Source: Octopus bimaculoides
Lineage: Eukaryota
Reading direction: 5' to 3'
Assembly (NCBI RefSeq): GCF_001194135.2
Contig: NC_068983.1
Location: forward strand, 28,353,339-28,417,338
DNA length: 64,000 bases
The translations under genes were made by a program, and so were the position numbers. The notes beneath the pieces were generated by a model. The model was given only the letters and a program-made list of their open reading frames with translations. It ran no database searches and was not told where the DNA came from. Shown piece after piece: positions 37,800-52,201 of the stretch (the first letter of the stretch is position 1; each line of letters begins with the position of its first letter).

Positions 37800-38100
37800 T
37801 TCAAGTTTTAATCTAAATAACTTTTTTATTTTAAAAGCAAAATATATTTGTCTTAGCTTCAATGATAGAAGAAAGCATGAAGAATTTCATAGTTTTGGTC
37901 CCATGCAACAAAAATTTGTATCAAAAACGTTGTGAGGTAAAATATCATGAAAAAAATATGAGTAAGGCAAAAAATTGGATTCAAGTTAAATTAACTTTTT
38001 TATCTTAAAAACAAACTATATTTTAATTAAGCTTAAATGATAGAGCTCAATATGAGGAATTTCATGGTATCAATCTCATGCAATGAAGTTTTAAAAGAAA
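37800..38100. repeat. Diverged tandem duplication with 180-bp period inside an AT-rich DNA-transposon-like repeat
   Basis: TTCAAGTT..AACTTTTTTAT.TTAAAA.CAAA.TATATTT..AGCTT.AATGATAGA...CATG/TATGA.GAATTTCAT at 37800 and again at 37980. Confidence 0.7.
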
Positions 38101-38300
38101 AAAGTTATGAGTGTTTGTTTTTCAAATTTGAGGGTGATAATATAGTTCTATACTTTTATATGAATATAGTTCTAGGGGACTTTTAATATATGTCACCAGC
38201 ATCATTGAGGTAAGGAAAAAAATTATCAATAACACTTCTCATTGACACATTTGACACATTATTAATTAGCATAATAGAATAGACTGGAAAACACATGGAT

Positions 38301-39138
38301 TACATGGAAAATGTGAGCAAGAGAATATTCTTGAGATTATAAATTTGAAAAATTACAGGACAAGTTATTACACTTGGAAAGGTTCAGGACAAGTTATTAC
38401 ATCTGGTAAAGTAAAGAACCAGAAAATTTTTACTTAAAGTATTGCAGCTAAGGATAAAATTTGAATATTAAAAATTATTTGATTTTAATTTACAAAGTAA
38501 CATCATAATTTTAAAAAAGTACCATCATTTTGTTAAAACATTGGCACACTAGAATACTTAAAGAATGAGAGTCAGAATTACCAATATAACTAAAGTTTTA
38601 TGCAAAGTATAATAGTATATATGGCAGGCAAATTCATTATGTAAAAAATAGGCATTGGGTCAAGACTAAAAATGTGAAGACTTGGCAAATTTTACTGTGA
38701 ATTTGTTGTTATAGGTAGATTTTACTGTAATATAATAACTAATTTTTGTATTAATCTATTTATTATACTAACTAATTATGTACTACTATTATTTTTTATA
38801 GCCTATTTTCAAATTTCCAATTATTAATTAAAAATTTTTTAAATGAATCTTTATAAAGTGCAAAAAATATTTTAATTAAGTTATTTTTTATTTTTAATAG
38901 AAGTAATAACTTGTATATAATTTTTAGTTTTAATAAAAGCTAATATTTTCTAAAACTAAATATTTTATTTGAAACTTTATCCTTAGCTGCAATATCTCAA
39001 GTATAAATTTTCTTGTTCTTTACTTTACCAAATGTAATAATTTGTCCTGAACTTTTCCAAGCGTAATAACTTGTCCTGTACTTTTCCAGATTTATAATCT
39101 TAAGAATATTATTTCTCTTGTTCGCATTTTTCCATGTA
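38301..39138. mobile_element. Foldback/MITE-like element with about 170-bp terminal inverted repeats
   Basis: 38301-38470 is the diverged reverse complement of 38962-39138; each arm has two tandem CAGGACAAGTTATTAC-like units; very AT-rich spacer; no clear TSD. Confidence 0.8.
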
Positions 39139-42100
39139 TTTCTAACATTGGAAGAAATACTTTTTATCAGCTAAAGGAACAAGAGGCAAACTAGCAAGTA
39201 TGATCATAATGCAATGTTTTCACAAATCAACAGAGTCATTGGACAAAATATCTGGAAGTATTTAGTACATCTCTTTATGTTTTGAGTTATGATCCTACGC
39301 TTATCAGTCATTTTTGCTTTCCATCCTTCCATAGTTGATAAAGTACTGGTCAAATAATGGGATTGTAAGGCTTAAATGTGGAACCATAAAGAATAAAAGA
39401 CGTTTGTTGATAGTTGAATATTCTTTCATCTTATATTACAAACTACTTGATATTTCAAGGAGAGTATAACCATTGTTTAAAATATACTGCACTCATGAAG
39501 GATGTTTCACCTAAAAGTACAATATAAAACATAAATGAATATTTTATATTTCCAGTAATCCTCCATCTTTTTCTGTTTTCATTCTTGTTAGTATTAGCAG
39601 TTTTCAGAGATGTTAAGATTATCTCAAATTTAATCCATAAATCAAATGTTTCTTTATCACAAGACATACAGCTTTCTTCTTTTGAAGCTATTTCTATAAC
39701 GAACACAAATTGTTTAATAATATATTATGAAGATTCAGTCATATTGATAGCAACAGTTATACAATATATTTTCTTAAAATTGTTTAGTAAAAATCTGCTC
39801 AAATCTCAAGAGCTTCATCTTTTAAAGATTTTTTTTTCCTTTCTTTACTTCTGTTTTCATAATTAATCTTAACAACAGCCTACATTGTAATTTGACAGAT
39901 TTTAAAGAATATATTTATAGAAGTGTTAGATATGATAATTTCAAAATTATTATTTTCTCTATTTTATTCTACATAGACATTGATAATTTTATCTTTATAT
40001 TTCTTTATTTTCCCCCAAAACTGTTTTGTCACACCAACGTATATTTACACTTACACACTAACACAAATACGCACATATTTGCTTTATGCAGTATTAAACA
40101 TATGATTTCCCAGTGGTATATTGAGATAAGCCCATGATCCATTAATAAATTAAATCCTGAGATCACTTGAAACAACTCAGTTTCTACCATCTGTTTGAAT
40201 ATATAATTCTTTATAAACTGTTCATTGCATTTATGAATTAGCAACTAAATAAAATGCTGAACATTTACTGAAATTAAACAGGAAAACAATAAACACACAA
40301 ATGAACAGATCAAATGTATTTTGAGATAGATTTTCCTTTAGAATTCAGGAAATAATGACAGATTGTCATGATTTACGCATATATATATACATTTTTTTAA
40401 TTATAGTAAGATTAGAGAACAACAAATATTTAAATTGTATTTTAACTCTACTATATATATACATGTGTATATGTGTGTATAAAAATATGAACACACAACC
40501 GTATACATACGTATATATATATATATACATACATTTGTAAATATACATAACACACACACACCTACGCACAAATGTATACATATACATACATATGTATATC
40601 CACTATGTATTCATACATACATATTCATACACGCACACGCAGATGTACACGTATATGTACATGCACATATATATATATATATAAGAGTGTACACACACAC
40701 ATAAGATTTTTCTTTTCTAAACTGAACATATCCATGGTGTGAACTACAATATGTTTACTTTGAATTCAATGAAATGAGAAAAAATAAAAATCATATAATT
40801 ATATGAATATTTGCTATGCAGTTTTACTGAAATATAATTTGCTAAGAGTAATTTCAATGCATTCAATACATTGCAGTTTAATATGTGTCTTATTACCAAG
40901 TATGTATGCTCCTAGGAAATTAATTTCAAGTTGATCACTTTCAGATAACTTTTTCTCAAAACATATTTTAGAAAATGAACTGTATATGTTTTTTTTTTTC
41001 TTTTTTTGTATATGTCCTTTTAATTAGATTTATGTCTAACCTCACAGAACTGATAATTTTCTACTGCTTGCCCCAGAGGAACTCTGCTATGCTGAATGTT
41101 CACTGATGAGGAACACAGTTCTTGAAACAGAATGTTTCTTTGGTGGGAGGCTAACTCATTGTGTTTATTCTTTCACAACTTGGAATTATGTCACAACCCC
41201 AAATGATTCATAATTTTTTAAACATTTGGTGGGCACTTTTGCTAAAAAGAAATACATCACTTAGATGAATTATGATATATCCTATGGAGTACGTATGTCT
41301 CTTATCGCTGATGTGTATATATGTATGTATGAATGTATATTTTATAATAAATACATTACATGTACATACACATATGCATATGATGTTTTATTAGCTGAGC
41401 ATGCTATAGGAGTGACTCAAGAGCCTAGAGTCACTCTTGTAGCAATGTCAATTAGTAAAAGATTTTATATGCTCTTTTTTATGTGTTGAGTTCTCTTCCT
41501 CCTATTTGTTAAAATCAAACATACTTCCTGAGTGTGTGTGTGTGTTGTATGATTGTGTAAGTTTGTGTGAACCCATGTGCATATGTATATGTGCATTTGT
41601 TTGCACATATCTGTGAGAGTGTTGTATCTTCATTGAATTATATCAGACAAAGATGTAAACATTGCTAAGAAAATCAACATGCCAAGGCTTTTCCAGCCAA
41701 AACACTTTGTGGTATTTGTTCTGCCCAAGTTGCACAGATGCACCCTGGTCAAATTCACTATCATAAATGTAGTGAGCTATTGGAAAACTCTCATTAGTAC
41801 TATTGTTGACATGATGCTACATAAAATTAGAGCAAGACACAAAGTGTCAAAATAATTTTCCTGCAAGTGAAACTAATTTGTTTTATGTGTTACATCATTG
41901 GATTGTCTGATGTTTGTATTTTTGATAAAATACTTTGGTATATTAAATAAAATGGCTGATTGCCATTGTACTAAAATGTGTGATATATTCATTTTACTCT
42001 AGTACAGAATATACAATGTTTTAATTCACTTTGAACTATGTCATTTCAATTTGTTTATTTGTTTGCTTTTCTTTTATCTATAGACTATAGACATGATTAA

Positions 42101-42277
42101 AATATCTGTATTTTTCTATCTGTCTGTAGACTATAGACATGATTAATATATCTATCTATCTATCTATTTATTTATCTATGAAAATAGATGTAAAGATGTA
42201 AATTAATTAATAAATTAATTTGTATTCATTGGATATCACCATTTTCAAACTTAATAATGATATATATAGACAGACAG

Positions 42278-42320
<43 letters not shown>

Positions 42321-43079
42321 TTCTTTTTATTGTTTTATTTGTTTCATTTATTAGACTGTGGCCATGCTAAAGCACTGACTTGAAACATTTTAGTTAAATG
42401 AATTGACTTCAGTACTTCTTTTTTTAAAACCTGGTATTATTCTATTGGTCTCTTTGCCATACAGCTAAGTTATAGACATAAACACACAAACACCAGTTGT
42501 CAAGCAGTGGTGGTGGACAAATGCACTCAGTAACACACGCACACACATGACGGGTTTCTTTCAGTTTCCATCTATCAAATTTTCTTACAAGGCTTTGTTC
42601 AGCCAAATGCTACAGCAGAAGATACTTGTCCAAGGTATCACATACTGGAACTAAAGCCAGAATCATGTGGTTAGGAAGCAAACTTTTTATGATACAGCCA
42701 TGTCTGTGGGTTAATAAGTTTTCTTCACAGCCACGAGGTTCCATGTTCCAACCTGGTATCTTATCCTATTGCATGGCATCTTGCATGAAGTCATTTTTTT
42801 CAGTTTTAGATAGACCTATAATTTGTCTATGAAGTTGAAAAGACCGAAACTGTGTAAAAGCCTATTGGATGAGTTGTATATTTAATTTTAAAGGTGCTGA
42901 GTTTTTTTCATCTTGATTGAGAATTATATAAAGATTAAACATGGCTATGGATTACTCAGCAGCTATCACATTAATTTAAAAGCAAATAACCCAGTTGGTC
43001 AAATAACTAAATCCTCATCAACAAATGATGGAAATCCGTCATCACATATACATACATGCATATATACAAGTATAAATGC

Positions 43080-43128
<49 letters not shown>

Positions 43129-44064
43129 ACTAGGTGTATATGCAAGCATGCATTACATACATATACATACAGGCATGTTGGGATCAATGTAATTGACTTA
43201 CTCCCTCGAAATTCTTAGCCTTATGCCAAAATTTGAAACCAATATTTATGCTAAAATATGTTTGACAAGATGGGATGGTCATGGCTATAGTGTCTCTGAT
43301 CACAGAACTGTTTGATCAAGGCTGGCCTGAAGCTTAACTACAACAGCAATATCACAAAATGTATTCACTTCACCCCAGAAATTCACTTCCTCTGCAGACA
43401 CACTGTAAACAACATCAATAGAGACACAATAACATAGTCTTCTTGGGAACAGTTTCATCCATATGCACAAATAACAGAGCTAAAGCCTTCAAAATTACAA
43501 TAAATGTTAGATAATCTATCCATTGACAACCTGTAATGTTGACTTCCCATATTGCCAAATCTGCCTGTCAAAACTAGGCCTTCTATTCACTGTTAAAGAG
43601 GAGATTTGCTCAAAGTTACTCGTTCTCTGCAAAGGTCAACTGCAACACATTCAGCTGACAAGATTCAATCACCAGTAAAAGGCAACTTCTAACATACACA
43701 TGTTTTGTTTCATTTTTATCAGTCTCTTCTATTGCTCCTGCAAGTCTTTGTTCTTTGTTCCTCAGAAATAGCAAGCTGAAAACCACTTCTCACTCTAGAT
43801 TATATTACATGCTCTCTCTTCTCTTCTCTGTTTGATCTCTATTTGATCCCTTTCATATTTTGATCCACAGATTTGTAGTATTCACTTTGATCCATCGTTC
43901 TGCTATGAAGCTGCAACCTTGAAAAATTAATGAGTGCTCTCTTCTTTCTCTTTCTCCTTAGTCTCCTCCTCTTCCATCTCAGCCTTCTCCTCTTTGTCAT
44001 TGTCATCATTGTTATCCTCATAATCATTGCCATAATCATTATAGTAGCTGTGGTACTAATGGTG

Positions 44065-44107
<43 letters not shown>

Positions 44108-47100
44108 GGGATTTCAAATTTTAGCACAAAGCCAGTAATTTCGAGAGAAGAGAGTTGTTGACTACATCAAACCCAGTGCTCCACTGGTACTTATTTTATA
44201 GACCCTGAAGAATGAAACGTAAAGTTGGCCTCAATGGGATCTAAATTCAAAATATAAAGAACTGAAGCAAATATTCTTATACCTCTTTTTCTGTTTTTTT
44301 TATCTCCAATTCTCTAATGATTCTGCCAAGTCAAGCAATGATACCAACAACATAAACAATAATTATAAAGTAAATAACTTATCCACAACACTTAGGAACA
44401 ATAATATGACACTTGAGACAACTGCGATGAAAATATTGACCCTTTTTCTATTGTTTAGCTGCCAACGTATGATGACATCAGTGGAACTATTATCATCACC
44501 ACCACCACTGCTGCTTGATATGTTAGTGGTATTGATTCCAACAATGTTTGGAATGATGACATTGTCACTGAAATATGTTCAGCTGCTTAACTTTTCTGTC
44601 TCAAGGTCCAGATTATTTTAGATATTTTATCACTCTTAATAGCTTGTCAATACACTTAAAATAATGTCTATTAAATTACAAATATAGACATCAAGCTTTG
44701 AACCAGACAAATTGACTATAAAACTGTATTCTTCGTGGGAGGAAAATTGTATGAAAAAGTTGTAATTATTGTATCTCTTATGCTTGAGGAGTAAGTTCAA
44801 ATTAATTTGATATATGTATTAAAAGACTTTCTTTGATGTAAAAGACACATGGGATTAACAATTATGAGAATTAAAATGAGATCAAAGAGGAAAATATTTT
44901 GTTAGTAAGGACAGGAATACAAAACACCAATAAGTGTATTGGATAATTTTCAATGCTAGGATATTTAATGTTTTGATATAGAAGTAAAGTTGGCATAATT
45001 CCTAAATTCCAGGAAGTATAATACTAAAGCTAAAAGTGAATATTATAGTCAACAAAAGAGAGCAGAAATATTGTTGGAGTAACTTTACAATAAGTACTAT
45101 ACAAATTTGGAAATGAAAAATTGTGTTGCTTTGGGGGATGGCTTAACATTTAATTAGCATGCTTCCCTACTTCATGGTTTTGAGTTCAGTCCTGCTGCAC
45201 AGCAACTTGGTTAAATGTTTTCTTTCATAGTTCCAAGTTGAACACTGCTCTGTGAGTGAAATGTAGTAGAAAGTTATGTGTGAGCTCTGCAGGAATTTAG
45301 TATTTTTTGTGTGGGTAACAAAATCCTTCCTGGTCCATGAGTGCTTTTAGCAGAGTCCATTTTGTTGCAAGCATTGAAGTCAGGTTTTCAAAATGTGAAT
45401 AACTTTCTCTTTTTCAACTTTTAGTCTTAGAGGCCTTAAAAAATTCATGAGCCCTGCCATTCCTCTGCTGACAAATTGTCTCCAGTTTCAGAAGACAGAT
45501 TTAGAAAACATTTTGCTATCTCAATGAACTCTCTGCAGAAAATTGAAATTATTTCAGTTCAAAAAGTGAGTTAACATATAATAATCAACAATTGGAGAAA
45601 AGAAACAATTCTTTTTTTTATTTTTTAGTCATAGAGAAGCAGTGCCTATGACCCATTACAGAGCCTCCAAGACAAGTGGGAAAGAGAGGAAGGTATCCTC
45701 AAGCTGAAGACCTGGTCTGAAAGCTTACAATAGAGCGAGCTTTGCTAGAGCTACCCACAGTGCCAGGTAGTGACATTAAACTGGATGACAGTTTAAGTCT
45801 GCCACTTATGTAAGTAAACCAAGGCAGGATTTAAACTCAGAACACAAAGAGCCAAAAAAATACTGTACAGCACCAGTCTCAATCCTAGGATGTGGATTAG
45901 TTTCACTAATCAACGTCCTTGAATTTAACCCCTAAAAGGATGAAAGGCAACGTTGGCCTCAATGGGATTTCAATACAGAGCTCAGAAAAACAGAACAAAT
46001 ACCATAAAATATTCTGTCCAATATTCTGACAATAATCAAGATAAGGACAAGAGGTTATGACATCTGCAAACACAGAATTTGCTGCTATCTGTAATTAACT
46101 GTAATGAACATCAAAAAATTAATCTGGCAGTAATTAATTTTAGGGATATAATTACCAATTTCCTGCCATTGAGGATACTCTAACCTCAAAGAGCAGCCCA
46201 ACTCTGACTTAAAAATTCTGAAAAAAAAAAAAAAAACCCAGAAAAAGGATAAAATAAAAAAATAGTTTTAGTACTTCCATATCCTTTATCAAGATGATTT
46301 ATTAGTGGTTTAGTGACATATAGACCTGTTGATCACTTTAGTCTGCAATTTTTGTTTTCTTTTACTTTCATGGTAGACGTGGTAACTTTAGTAGAGATAA
46401 TCATCCTCTGGGAGTGGACTTGACAAATGGAAAATGTATCCATTGTTGCTTAGGTTATGCAGTAAAACATTAAGACTTATTTTCAAAGAAAAAACTCCCC
46501 AAACTACAGTGACTTTGTCTCAAAGAAATATGACAACTAAAATTACTCCCATGGTGATAAAAAAAGACTTATTAGCTTAATGGTCAATTCTGGTTAAGAA
46601 AGGTAAAAGAGATAACACTGAAATTTTAGTTTATAGAAATTCATTAAGAATAGAAATGAGTAATGGAGTGAGGGGATGAGTTTGATCTCAGTTGGGAGTG
46701 TACTAAATCAAACATAAAATACATCATTGACAGACAACATTAAAATCATGAAACTTTTGTATTTATTTCTATACATGAAAATACACACACAAAAGATTAC
46801 TATTTTATGCTTGTAAATTGAAATGAAAGAGGTATTATATGACGCATCAATACATCCTTAGATTGGCTTTCAAATAAAATTATGTTGTCATTATTTGTTT
46901 GTCCAGCTGATCAAATATATTATAGTAATAATAACGAAATGATTATTTCATGTGACAATTCAGTTAATATTACTTTTATTTCATTTATTTTTTCAATGGA
47001 GTTCAACGAAATCTCTTTGTGGTTGTCTGACTTATTTGATATAGCAGCAGAATTTCTTTTAAATAATCCCTACCATCTTAAGCAATGATATATGATGGGA

Positions 47101-49206
47101 AATTAAAATGGTATGATTATAGCTAGCTCTGTTTTGCTGTAAGAACCTGCAATCAGGACTTAGTTGGAGTTAAACAACAACAACAACATATAATAATTTA
47201 GTTAAAGTCCATTAGTGTAAAAAGAGACTGAGTGACTTTTGTATTAATTATTGGCTAAATTCATCAATCTGAGCTGTGTGGATGCGTGAAGTTAATGGTG
47301 GTTATTTTGAGATTTTAACTGAGAGACTCTATGCTTCTCTAGGAAATTATACGGAATTAACTTTTAACTTTCTGCTTAATCCATATGGGAGAGCTCTGAG
47401 AACATAAAAGCAAGGATCAAACTGATTTAAATTTCAAGTGTAAAGACATACAAGGAAATTATAATTTGTTGATGTCCAACTGCTATTTAGACTAGCTCTT
47501 AAATTACAATACTTCTCTGCACAATGTGTAAGACTGAGGAGACGGATGCCCACAGTAGACACTACAAAGAAATAGAATGGTTGAAGAAAGATAAATATTT
47601 CTCCTTTTTTTTTTTAATATTAGTCACAGGAAACGGAGAGGCAGAGCCCTTCATCTTTGAAAGTTTTTCTCCGAGCTTTTAAAACAATGTGGTTCATGAT
47701 CAGCATGAATATTTGTAGGTTAATATTTACTGATAAACATGGATAGGGAGGAAATTCTAAATGGTTGAAATCCTAGAAAGGAAGAACTTGTCAAAGAGTT
47801 TAGAATGAAGGTCTGTGTGACATAAGCATGGACGAAAAATGATGGCTACATTCAAATACAAAGAGTATGCAGTTAGGTAAGTTGGAAGAACAGTGGCTAT
47901 TATAGCAGTAATAGAAAAGACAAAGAGAAGAACTCATGTTTCTGTGAGTCAGTGATGTCAGAAGTATGTTGGTGAATGGTTTACTGATGAGTTAAGGGCA
48001 TCTGTCTACTAAAATTATCCCCACAAAGTTTTGTTCAATCCATAGTTGCACGATATAAAACACTCACACAATGTTCTGTACTGTGGAGTCAAGCCCAGAA
48101 CTACATAACTTCAAAGTGCACCATTATGCATTCCATCTATATCATTTATTTTAAAATAACATTATATAATATTTTCGTTCTTTTTACACTCTTCAAAATA
48201 CCAATAATTCTCACCCACCACAACCATCAAGCTGTTTTTAACTCCTCTACTTTTCTCACCCACTTCACTATCAAAGAACCAAAAAAACAAGTCAAAAATA
48301 GTATTTCTCCTCCCCAGACAAATAAATAGAAATAAAGTTAGTTTATTGATTTGCACACAATTAAAAGAAACTAATATTTGTAACTGGATTTGTGCTTGCA
48401 TCAGCATCCAGTCAACTTCCAGTCACAATCACTGTGTATTATGTATTTTAGTACAACACAGTTTTTTCTTTTAAAGTCTACTTTAATTACTCTTCTTGCC
48501 ATATTTTTTCCTCTTTAAAAATGATTATATAAAGTTTAATTTGTCAAAAAAAGATTTTTTATACTAAATCAATTTGAATTTATTTTTCTTACATAATTTT
48601 TCATTTATGGGACTCCAATTAACTTCGTATCAGACATGATGTATTTAACATTAAAATAATGAATGTGATAAACTGGTAGTGTTTTAAGTATTAGAATTGG
48701 TTGTAGCATCTAAATAAATAAATGTGGAAGCAGCTACAAAGCTGCTCAATCTAATAGAAATATCAAATAAATATCCCTCAAATTGTATCCTACTGTTTAA
48801 AGAAGTCAACAGGTATATTTGATAATATGGTGGCTGATGTACTAAAAGAACAAGATGGTCATTAATAGAAAGCTATTTTTTAATTTTTCCTTTTTTTGTG
48901 TGTGTGTTTGTAAGTCTACCCTGTCAGGGATGACCAGGTACTAAACAAAAAGTACAGCATTTCAAACCATGAGCTTAGAGAGCTTCTACATGTTGATCAA
49001 CCTGCTAAGAATAACAGTCAAATTTCCCTCAAATAACACATTTTCATTAGATAAACAAAGGAAAAGCTCATTCGATAATGTAGTTCCAGATACGCTATGT
49101 CAGAAAAAAATGAGACATTGTTCACAGAAACATCTTTGATCATTGTTCTGCTCAGTCAGGGATAACAAGGATGGGAATAAGCTACAGTTACTACTGCTGC
49201 TGTTTA

Positions 49207-49248
<42 letters not shown>

Positions 49249-50225
49249 ATGCAATCTCCATTTGCCAGTATTATCATAATTTTTGACAGTAGTGGTAAAA
49301 TATTGATATCTCTACTAATATTATCTGTATACCACCACTGCAACCACCATCGTCAGAACTATTCCCCTTGGTTAGTGCAAATAGCAAGGTTGCTGATTTT
49401 AACATAGTTTAAACTACTGAATTATAAGAGGGTAATATCCAATAGTCTCTGAGAATCAGGTTGTTTAACCTTTGTAGTAATGGAAACATTTTTTTTAGTA
49501 TTTGTGTATGTTGTGAGAGAGAGAGAAAGAGAGTTGGAGTAAAAGAAAGGAAAAGAGTGAGAGAGGACCTAAGAGAAAGAGAAAAATAAAGATACAGTGA
49601 GAGATAACAAGTGTGTGTGCACTCACTTGAGTGTAGTGTTAAGAAACCTATAAGCTGTATAATCTCTATTCATTATTATTGACAAATGAGATGAATGTCA
49701 GTTTTCATTAAACTTGCACTATTTATAAACTGTTATTGAATAACATGATGAAAATTCAACTTGATATCTTTATTTTAACTTTAAAAAATGTCTGATACAG
49801 GAACGCCATGGTTGTGTTGTAAATAGTTTGCTTCCCAACCATATGGTTCTGGGTTCAGTCCCTTTCTGCGACATCTTGGGCAAGTATCTTTTACTATAGT
49901 CCCAAGCTGACCAAAACCTTGTAAGTGCATCTGGTAGACGGAAACTGAAAGAAGCACATTGTATATGTAAATATATATCTATATAAAACATTCAAGCGAG
50001 GTCGTTGCCAGTGCCGCTGGACTGGTTCCTGTGCAGGTGGTGCATAAAAAACACCATTTGAGCGTGGCCGTTGCCAGTACCATGTGACTGGCCCTCATGC
50101 CGGTGGCACGTAAAAGCACCCACTACACTCTCGGAGTGGTTGGCATTAGGAAGGGCATCCAGCTGTAGAAACTCTGCCAGATCAGATTGGAGCCCAGCAT
50201 GCTACAATTTTGCCACTTCACCACC

Positions 50226-50226
<1 letters not shown>

Positions 50227-50271
<45 letters not shown>

Positions 50272-50276
50272 TAATA

Positions 50277-50318
<42 letters not shown>

Positions 50319-50591
50319 CTGGANNNNNNNNNNNNNNNNNNNNNNNNNNNNNNNNNNNNNNNNNNNNNNNNNNNNNNNNNNNNNNNNNNNNNNNNNNNNN
50401 NNNNNNNNNNNNNNNNNNNNNNNNNNNNNNNNNNNNNNNNNNNNNNNNNNNNNNNNNNNNNNNNNNNNNNNNNNNNNNNNNNNNNNNNNNNNNNNNNNNN
50501 NNNNNNNNNNNNNNNNNNNNNNNNNNNNNNNNNNNNNNNNNNNNNNNNNNNNNNNNNNNNNNNNNNNNNNNNNNNNNNNNNNNNNNNNNNN

Positions 50592-50638
<47 letters not shown>

Positions 50639-50660
50639 AATAATAATAATAATAATAATA
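50227..50660. repeat. (TAA)n/(GAT)n tracts around a long N gap
   Basis: Directly visible. Confidence 0.95.
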
Positions 50661-52201
50661 AGGTGGCTTGATGAGACAGAGGCTGGACATGTTCTTTGCT
50701 GCTCTGACCTGTCAGCAGCTAAAGACACAGAAACACTAATACAACCCAGTAGGACAGCTGAAAAAATAACTCTAAAAGACTGGAATATCTACAGATTCCT
50801 GTGAGTATTTTGAAGTTCTCTCAAAATAAGTTAAGGAACTTACATATCTACAGTTTTCGAACACACAAATGAACACCTCAAAAAAAAAATTTAGAAACTT
50901 TAATATCTCCAATTTTGTGTGAACATTTTGTCTTCCCGTCTTCCCTGACTAACAGAATATGTAAACATGCCTTTTACTGTAACAACACAATTAAATGCAC
51001 AATAAAAAATTAAGTAAGCAAGCACCTGCCAATATATACATACTGCACAACTACAAAACCTGAAAACCACAGCAAAACTTTTAAGAAGAGAAGAAAAATT
51101 CCAAAAGAAAAAGAAATTCAGAAATTCAAAAATCCAACGAGGTGAACATCTTTTCCTCCTACTATTCCCAAAGACTGGAATATCTACAATTTCCTGTGAA
51201 TATTTTAAATCTCCCTCAAAATAAAATAAGTTAGGACACTTTCATACCTACAGATTTCCAACACACAAACGACCGGCTTAAAAAAAAAAACCTTTAATAT
51301 CTACGACTACTGTGTGAATACTTATCCTTTCCTCTCTCCTTGAGTATTTGAAAATGTAAACATCATCCTCCTTTTTATTCTAAGAACGCGACCATTTCCT
51401 TCTGTGCGGTCATACAAAAGAACATATTTAGTTAATCTTAGCACTTTACTATCTACAACTTGTTTTCTTTTCTTTTTTGACTCTCCTTGAGTATTCGAAA
51501 ATGTAAACATCCTTTTCATTGCAAAAGTCCTACTGTAATCTCCAACTGGACAGAGAAATGAACAACTCAAGAAAACTTAAAAACTTTAATATATTACCCA
51601 AATATGTAAACACACCTTTCATTGCAACAACACAATTGAATTCAGAAATTCAAAAATTCAATGACATGAATATCAGAATATGTGTGTGTGTGTGCGTGTG
51701 TGTATATATATATATATATGTGTGTATGTGTGTGTATATATATATATATTATTATTGTTTTTTTCTACCAGTAATTACAAATAGAACAGGTTGAATTGCT
51801 TCTTTTCAAGGCACTGCTCCCAGTATCCACTGGTAGTAGTAAACACATTTGACCTCTGCTGATCCAAAGGGTGCAAAGAGTCCTTTGTCTCTATGGCTGA
51901 CCTCCCCACCATCTGCTGAATCTGTTTGTAGACCTGTGGAATACAATCTATTCACCAAACTGCTACCCAACTTTTCCCTCAAACAATGGTAGTGGTGGTA
52001 ATGGTGATAATGAAAAAAATAATAATAATATGCTGCAGCTGCTAATACTAAATACTACTAACACTACATTAACACTACAACTACTACTATTATGATAGCA
52101 CAGGAATCTGAGGCTCAACTATCACTCTTACCACTACCCCCACCCACGTTACTATTGCTGCAACCACTGCTGCTACTACACATAAGAACAATAATATCAG
52201 T

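Noticed and set aside
41103-41140. CTGATGA-GGAAC aca GTTC-TT-GAAACA (and a similar weak case at 42820-42855)
   Set aside because: Core words are present but there is no stem I pairing; too degenerate to call.
41600-41910. Cys-rich fragments (RQRCKHC.., FSCK..LC) suggestive of a piggyBac C-terminal domain
   Set aside because: Too fragmentary; spacing does not fit convincingly.
45629-45692. Plus-strand exon-like HREAVPMTHYRASKTSGKERK; also plus-strand candidates near 10271, 36839, 39168 and 46377
   Set aside because: Opposite strand to the only identified gene, no recognisable proteins, weak or missing partner splice sites.
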